Below, in pieces: positions 57,672 to 64,000 of a DNA stretch of 64,000 nt (position 1 is the first letter of the stretch; every line of letters starts with the position of its first letter). The stretch is from contig JAMWBK010000001.1 of assembly GCA_029953675.1 (NCBI GenBank), positions 2,480,001 through 2,544,000 of the forward strand, read 5' to 3'. The DNA is from Rhodosorus marinus CCMP1338. Taxonomy: Eukaryota; Plantae; Rhodophyta. The notes below the pieces were generated by a model. That model was given only the letters and a program-made list of their open reading frames with translations, was not told the DNA's origin and did no database searches. A program made the position numbers and the translations under genes.

Positions 57672-58358
57672 TCCATGTCAGCTTATTGCGGCGCATCCAC
57701 AGCTGAGGACTTTTCTTATCCTTTTGCAGAAAATCAGATGTTGATGATTTTTTCTTGAGCGGACCGATGCACAGCACTCAGGGCAAAACAACACGAGTGT
57801 CCAATCTTTGCGCTCACAATGCAGTGGACCCCGTATGTCGAGTGCCTCCAGGTTATGAACCCCAAGTTCAAGATAGCTTACCTTGTCAGTTTACTGAGAC
57901 TCATCCCCAGGGGTGCACCGCTCTTTTTTTCTTTCAGCCTCCGATTAAACCATTCGTTCGCTGGTTCCATTCGACGACTGAAGGAGTCGCACTACCCTGA
58001 GGCGATGACGCATGTAACCTTTTGGGGGCCGGTGCTGTCTCATCCATTTGCACCGATGCTTTGATCTCCTAGACAGTGCTGTTTATCTCCGGCTTCGTCT
58101 TTTTTTTCGCAATGCCCCGGCCTTCTTGACAATCTCCTCACGGAGCCGTGTCTGGCTCTCTGGCGCTCGAATGCTGTTTTGTTGTTGGACGCGCGTCATC
58201 AGCGTCCTCGTTTCTGCTCCTACGGGTACATAGGCCCTGAATAAATTGTTGATGCTGTTGTTGTTGTAATCTAACTCCATCCAACTTTCAACCCCGTCCT
58301 ACGCCCAGTAGAATATTCCTCCATGCACATTCGCTCTTCGCTTCACGACCCTTAGACT

Positions 58359-58965
58359 GGACTTTAGTAGCATAGCCTGAAGCGCTACGCAAGGCGTGAA
58401 GATGAACTAATAACTAGGGAGGGAAGCATGCAACCCCAGGCGCCGATGGCGCGCCTCGGAAAGCATGTCGCCGGAATATCGCCAAAGGGAGACACTTAAA
58501 CGCCTCAAGAGCGCCAAATATTCAGTAGGATGCTCAGCAAAACATTTCCGCAACCACTCTAAACCCGACTTATCCACGTGACCAAAGCTTTCCACAATGA
58601 ATGGCTGGAACCGGTGAGAGCGACCCTCAGCGCAAGGCAGACTGGCCATGCTCTCAGCATACCGTCGTTCCTTAACTCTTCGAAGGGCTGAAGCCGCGGC
58701 CCCCCGGCGGCGGGCGGCTGCGGTGAGGTGGGCGCTGGCCACGGGGCAGGTAATCGCAAGGTCCACATATGTTGAGCGTCTGGCAGCAGCGTCGGAGACG
58801 AGGAGATCGGCTATACAACGGGGCGGTGCAGAGTCCGAGATTGATCTGGGCAGTTCCGACTCAACCTCAACCGTATGCCCTATCCGAGTCAAAAATTCGC
58901 TGAGGATGTACTTGAGGCGAGTGTGACGCCTCGTACGGAGACCTCGCAACAGTCCGCAGGAACCC
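58359..58965 (-). mobile_element. Family A1 5'-truncated copy, 9-10 bp TSD, with T-rich filler at the 5' junction
   Basis: CCTTAGACT(G) occurs at 58350 and 58981; the filler ctttttttttttaat lies at about 58966-58980. Confidence 0.9.
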
Positions 58966-59779
58966 CTTTTTTTTTTTAATCCTTAGACTGAAGCCCTGCA
59001 TCGGGAGAAAGACGATGAAATATACACCTCAAGTAAGAAGTTTTTAAGGACAATGAAACTGTGGCTCTTCAAAGGGATGAAAGCGCTTGAGCTAAAAAAA
59101 ACTTTCAAAGACCACAGTCCAAAGTAAACCCAGTATTTCTGAAACAGAAGCTCGTTGAAGGGATGAAACACTTGGGCCCAAAATTGAGAGCAGAGGATCG
59201 ACCCAGGAGGGTGGCATGCGAGTCCCGATGATGTCCCACGTCAGGGATTTTTGCGAAGGCGCCGGCCCCGATTGGGAAGAAGATTCCTCTGCGAACTCTC
59301 AAGGACAGTAGAGTCGTATGCAAGCAATGATATCAGCAGTGTAGCATCGAGCAACGACCCAAGACCTCTCTCCCACGAACATCTGCGGGAAGGGGCAGCC
59401 AAGATCCACACTCGGAAGCTGCACAGCTTGGACAATGCATTTTGTCCCAGTTCTTTCGCCGCGTAGTTCGGAATGTTTGATCTTCTTTCCTCCCCCTGCC
59501 TAGAAGTCTTATCACTAAACACGCGACTTCCCGACCTACCCCTTGAAGACGAGCGAATGGTGAGAGCAACTTTTCTTTCACAGCTGAAATAAATCAGAGG
59601 TACTCTATATTTCTCGTAGAATCTCAATCGGGACGAGTTTTTAACACGAACGAATGGTTTAATCACAAGAGCCATTGAGAGTGTGCTCGAGCGCCTCGAG
59701 TGCCTCTTGAGCGTGGCGACGGGGTCTGGTGGAGGGCATTACTCCGTCGATGATGGAGTTGATACCCTGAGGCGTGCTG

Positions 59780-60650
59780 ATACAAAAAAAAAAGGATAAA
59801 GCGTTCCTAACTGTTTCTGGGGTCGACGGTTTTGGCAATGGCTTATCAGTTTTCAGGAATACTTCAAAAGATGAGCCTAGTCTTCACAGGAAGTTTTTCG
59901 CATCGGTCCAACGTCCTTTGCTTTCGAATTGGCTCAAAGCTTCGCTGAGTTTGCCGAAAAGATCCTAGTAAGAGCTGCGACCAGGGATAGAGGGTCATAC
60001 TCTTTCAGGCAGGGCGGGTGCAACGCTAACGAGAGAAAGATTGCCAAAGTGATGCAGATCCATGCCTCCCACGAGATGGAAAAGGGCCCGTGGGGAGAAA
60101 CCATTTTGGTTCCAACGCTTGCGCCGCGAGAAGAGAGCCGTACTTGCGTTGTAGAGGTCGCATCCAAAATTCCACCGCGAGGACTTCGCGCTCGGAGGAC
60201 GGGACCCCTGTGGCTGGTGGTGCACTCGCGACCTTAACTACTCGCAAGAGCCAAATTCAGAATTTCCAAGTTGAATTCATTTGCTCTACCTTATCAGCCC
60301 ACCTGGCTTGCAGCGATGCGGAACTTTATCCTTCGGACGGAGCAACCACCACATAAGAAATCCAGCTAGGTCAGTTCTTTCCAATTTATCAGTTCTAGTA
60401 AAGTCCAGTAGTGTTCAGATCACCAGTCCATGCTCGTTTCATCGCAACCCGGCAGTGGACCTCATGGGGCACACCCATCTGAATGATAAAACGTTTAGCA
60501 CAACTCTGATTGGGTCGTGGATCCGCGTCTCCCTCCTAAAAGCATCCCGGGGAAGGAAAACCTTTAAGAGCAAAAAACTTGCGACGCATAGATCAGGCAG
60601 AGAGCTAGGATCTCGATGGCTTTGGTTGAGCGGACGTGCCTGAAAAACCT
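59780..60650 (+). pseudogene. Possible highly decayed Ty3/gypsy integrase relic
   Basis: Out-of-frame fragments (TVSGVDGF, GILQKMS, W...SFAEFA...AAT, KTFKSKKLA) appear in the order expected for an integrase core and C-terminus. This is a weak, by-eye match. Confidence 0.3.
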
Positions 60651-61259
60651 TTCTGCAACACCGTCTGCACGCCAATGGTCGTTCACCTAGCACAGATAGA
60701 AAGACAAAATATTAATTAATCATCATCTTTTGGCTCCGCCTTTCTCCCCCCCCTCCGCCCCCCCCTCCACTCCCTAAAAAAGTCAAATTTTTGCCATGCT
60801 TCGTGTTTTTAATGAATTGGTTTATATTTTAATACAGATGAAAACGTCAACAGCCCCTTATTTTTCTCTACGATTCGGCGATCAAGGAACAGTTTTGCCA
60901 TATGTTGGCAACCAAATACGTGATTTTCAAATAGTTTTGTAAGGAAACTGAGCAAGGTTGTTTTCTGAATGGATTTACAAAGAAAAGATTTTGATCCCTT
61001 TTTTAGCCGAATTCTCATAGATGAATTTTATATGAAAATAACTCTATTCGTATTCAGATTTGATGCTAATTAGATTAGCAAATTTGGGGTTAAATTTTTG
61101 AGTTAATTCTAACTACCCCTATGCATTTTTCTCCCAAAACATGTCAATATTGTGAAAGTATTATAGCTAAATGTACAATGGAGTTTGCTGCATATTCCCT
61201 ACCCCTCTCAATCTCTTGTTTACTCTTAAAGCTGCATTTGCCCATGGATGGATGGTGTT

Positions 61260-61800
61260 AATGGTGGCACTAGCATGGCCTGAAGCGCTCGCGTGGAAGG
61301 GAACCAGGAACTAGGAAGAAAAGCGGGGGAAACCAGGCGGCGATGCCGAGGTGAGCATATTGCCAGAATATCGCCAGAGATTGGCATTTAACCGGCGTAG
61401 AGTCCCAAATACTCAACAGGATGGCCAGTAACACATTTCCACAGCCACTCCAAGCTCGGCTTTCCCAGATGCCCAAAGCGTTCCATAATGATGGCCCCCC
61501 CGGTAGTCCACACGAGCCCAGAAAGTGATAACCACAACCGTCAATGCGACTCTCACAGCCTTGGCAGAAGGAAGGGCGACTAGAATGCCAGGGGGCGTAC
61601 AAACCCAGGCCCAACCAGTTAGTCCGGAACTGGAAGGCGTCCTGACGTTGGGCCCGGTGATGAGGAGCGCGTGGTTAATCACAGGTGAGATAGATGACCT
61701 CCGAGGCCGAGAAGACGAGCCGCCGTTGTGGGCGGTGTGAGTGGAGAAATGAGCTAGATTGCATAAGCTGCACAAAGTGTTGGCCCCCGGGTAAGACTAT
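61260..61800 (-). mobile_element. Old, degenerate A-like 3' fragment
   Basis: The minus strand reads PWHSSRPSFCQGCESRIDGCGYHFLGSC, followed by an internal deletion and an A-type 3' UTR. Confidence 0.8.
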
Positions 61801-61806
61801 GTTGAA

Positions 61807-63155
61807 CTTGCGGCGTTTAAGTGTCTCTCTGTGGCGATATTCTAGCAGCATGCTTGCCCAGGCCCGCCATCGGCGCCTGGGTTTGCACGCTTCCCTCCCT
61901 AGTTCTTAGTTCCTTTTGACGCCTTGCGTAGCGCTTCAGGCTATGCTAGTAAAGCCCGTCACACTCGCTTCAAGTACATTCTCAGCGAATGTCTGACTCG
62001 GGTAGGGCATACGGTTGAGGTGGAATCGGAGCTACCCAGATCGGTCTCGGATAGGGCACCGCCCCGCTGTATCGCAGATCTCCTCGTCTCCGATGCTGCC
62101 GCCAGACGCTCAGCATATGTTGACCTCGCGATGAATTGCCCTGTGGCAAGCGCCCATCTCACGGCTGCCGCCCGTCGCCGGGGAGCAGCTGCTTCGGCCC
62201 TTCGCCGCGTGAAGGAACGACGGTGTGCTGAGAGTATGGCCAGCCTGCCTCGCGCTGCGGGTCGCTCCCACCGGTTCCAACCTCTCATTATGGAAAGCTT
62301 TGGTCACGTGGAAAAGTCGGGTTTGGAGTGATTGCGGAAATGTTTCACTGAGCATCCTGTTGAATACTTGGAACTTTTGTGGCGCTTAAGTGTCTCTTTG
62401 TGGCGATATTCGAGCAGCATGCTTGCCGAGGCGCGCCATCGTTGCCTGGGTTTGCACGCTTCCCTCCCTAGTTCTTAGTTCCTTTTAATGGTTTGCGCAG
62501 CGCTGTAGGCTATGCTAATAAAGCCAGTAAAAACCTAGTAGGAAAGCTTTGGTCACGTGGAGAAGTCGGGTTTGGTGTGGTTGCGGAAATGTTTTACTGA
62601 GCGACCTGTTGCATACGGTTGAGGTGGAATCGGAACTACCCAGATCGGTCTCGGAAAGGGCACCGCCCCGTTGTATCGCAGATCTCCTCGTCTCCGATGC
62701 TGCCGCCAGACGCTCAGCATATGTTGACCTCGCGATCACATACCCTGTGGCAAGCGCCCATCTCACGGCTGAAGCCCGCCGCCGGGGAACAGCGGCCTCG
62801 GCCCTTCGCCGCGTGAAGGAACGACGGTATGCTGAGAGTATGGACAGTATGCCTCGTGCTGAGGGTCGTTCCCACCGGTTCCAGCCTTCATTGTGGAAGG
62901 CTTTGGTCACGTGGAGAAGTCGGGTTTGAAGTGGTTGCGGAAATGTTTCACTGAGCATCCTGTTGAATACTTGGAACTCTTGCGGCGCTTAAGTGTCTCT
63001 CTGTGGCGATATTCGAGCAGCATGCTTGCCGAGGCGCGCCATCGGCGCCTGGGTTTGCACGCTTCCCTACCTAGTTCTTAGCTCCTTTTAACGGTTTGCG
63101 TAGCGCTGTAGGCTATGTTAATAAAGCCTAGTAAAGCCAGTAAAAACCAGTAAAT
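61807..63155 (+). mobile_element. Head-to-tail stack of four A2-type 3' ends (about 61807-61955, 61956-62540, 62541-62600, 62608-63155)
   Basis: Repeated RLE-coding ends, each of the complete ones followed by the 3' UTR and an agtaaagcc/agtaaaaacc tail. Confidence 0.87.
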
Positions 63156-64000
63156 CCATCCATTGCTGAGGAGCTACTACTACTACTAGTAGTGTGGTCT
63201 CTTTAGTGGTAGTGGCTGAGTGTGCTTCAGTAAGTAGTTTACAAATAGCCCGTACAGCCTTGGCTGGCCTTGGCTGCTTGGGATAGCTGGAAGGAAAGGG
63301 AGGACCGAATTTGCGAGTGGAGGTGGTGCACGCGCAACGACTGCAAAGATTTTACCGCGCCGCAAAGTGACAAATAGAAGTTATTTTTATTGCCAACAGT
63401 GTGTTGAAAACTAGAGAGCACGCAGACGCAGTGTCCCTGCCCGCTCGGCGGTTTTGAATCAGTGGTACCATGCAGCAAACAAAGTCTTCCGTTTAGCGCT
63501 GACTGAGTTCATGCGCGTAAGCTTTGCACAAAAACTGAAAAAATCGAAGGGATCAGCAAGTGGCGCCATCCACAGAAACAATCCTGACATCGGTTGGGCA
63601 GCTGCTGGATTCTGCACGTGAGATAGATTTGACGGCGGAATCCTGGACAATATGGTTGAAACTTGCAACAGCAGCCACGCGGGTAAAGCTAATAACGACA
63701 TCGTCTGAGTGTTCCCAAAACAGTTTCTTTGGTTGATCGTGCCAGGTCCATGCAAGCTCGATCCTGCTTGGTAGTCGCGCGCCGGTAGTTTTCGCTTCAA
63801 ATTGAAACTCGCAGACCTTGGTTGCACTTCCGTCCCTTCTTCTGTGGTTCTCGATGATCTTCGTTGATATGCCATATGATTCACACGGCGCGGGGCTCTT
63901 TCTTGTTGCACGTTCTTGTCGGGATGCCCTTTTGGAGCTCTTTATCGTTGTCGCCGTTGCTTCTCTCGCTTCTCCACGAGAGCTGCATAGCATCGGGTGT

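Noticed and set aside
57700-59680. Unassigned stretches with broken ORFs around the A1 copy at 58359
   Set aside because: Possibly decayed mobile elements, but no motif could be recognised with confidence.
4950-63150. Short sequences recurring dozens of times (gcgtagcgcttcaggctatgct; cagcctccgattaaaccattc) that resemble CRISPR repeats
   Set aside because: They are retroelement 3' UTRs. Spacing is irregular, both orientations occur, TSDs are present and there are no cas genes.
63459-63993. 146-150 aa minus-strand ORFs, with a faint resemblance of FNHIVQD to a hAT transposase motif
   Set aside because: Only one weak motif, downstream stops and no TIRs visible; the window ends before this can be judged.

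Overview
This window reads as eukaryotic DNA from an intron-poor host that cannot be identified from the sequence alone (alga/protist-like). Most of it is a nested pile-up of non-LTR retrotransposons of the restriction-like-endonuclease (RLE), CRE-like type: RT, then a CCHC knuckle, R-x-x-R-H and an (A/P)D...D nuclease, with no APE domain. At least four families are separable. Family A has a young subfamily A1 and an older A2, with a tail of (AGTAAAGTCC)n or variants. Family B has a tail of (GTTC/ATTC)n. Family C is old and D is a 3' fragment only. One A1 copy (about 16250-20997) and one B copy (22399-27126) are full length with an intact ORF2. Unusually for RLE elements, A, B and C carry a separate, mutually homologous ORF1 with an RRM-like core. 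A and B appear to use different ORF1-to-ORF2 coupling signals. The window also holds many TSD-flanked insertions as short as 5-35 bp, made only of element 3' tails. Three intact, intronless genes for secreted proteins sit among the elements: two near-identical Cys-rich plus RTX Ca-binding-repeat genes in an about 3.9 kb segmental duplication, and one astacin-C2-EGF-C2 metalloprotease. No rRNA, tRNA or CRISPR was recognised. All assignments come from motif reading and manual comparison of copies; no database searches were run. TSD-based coordinates are hand-counted and other element boundaries are approximate.
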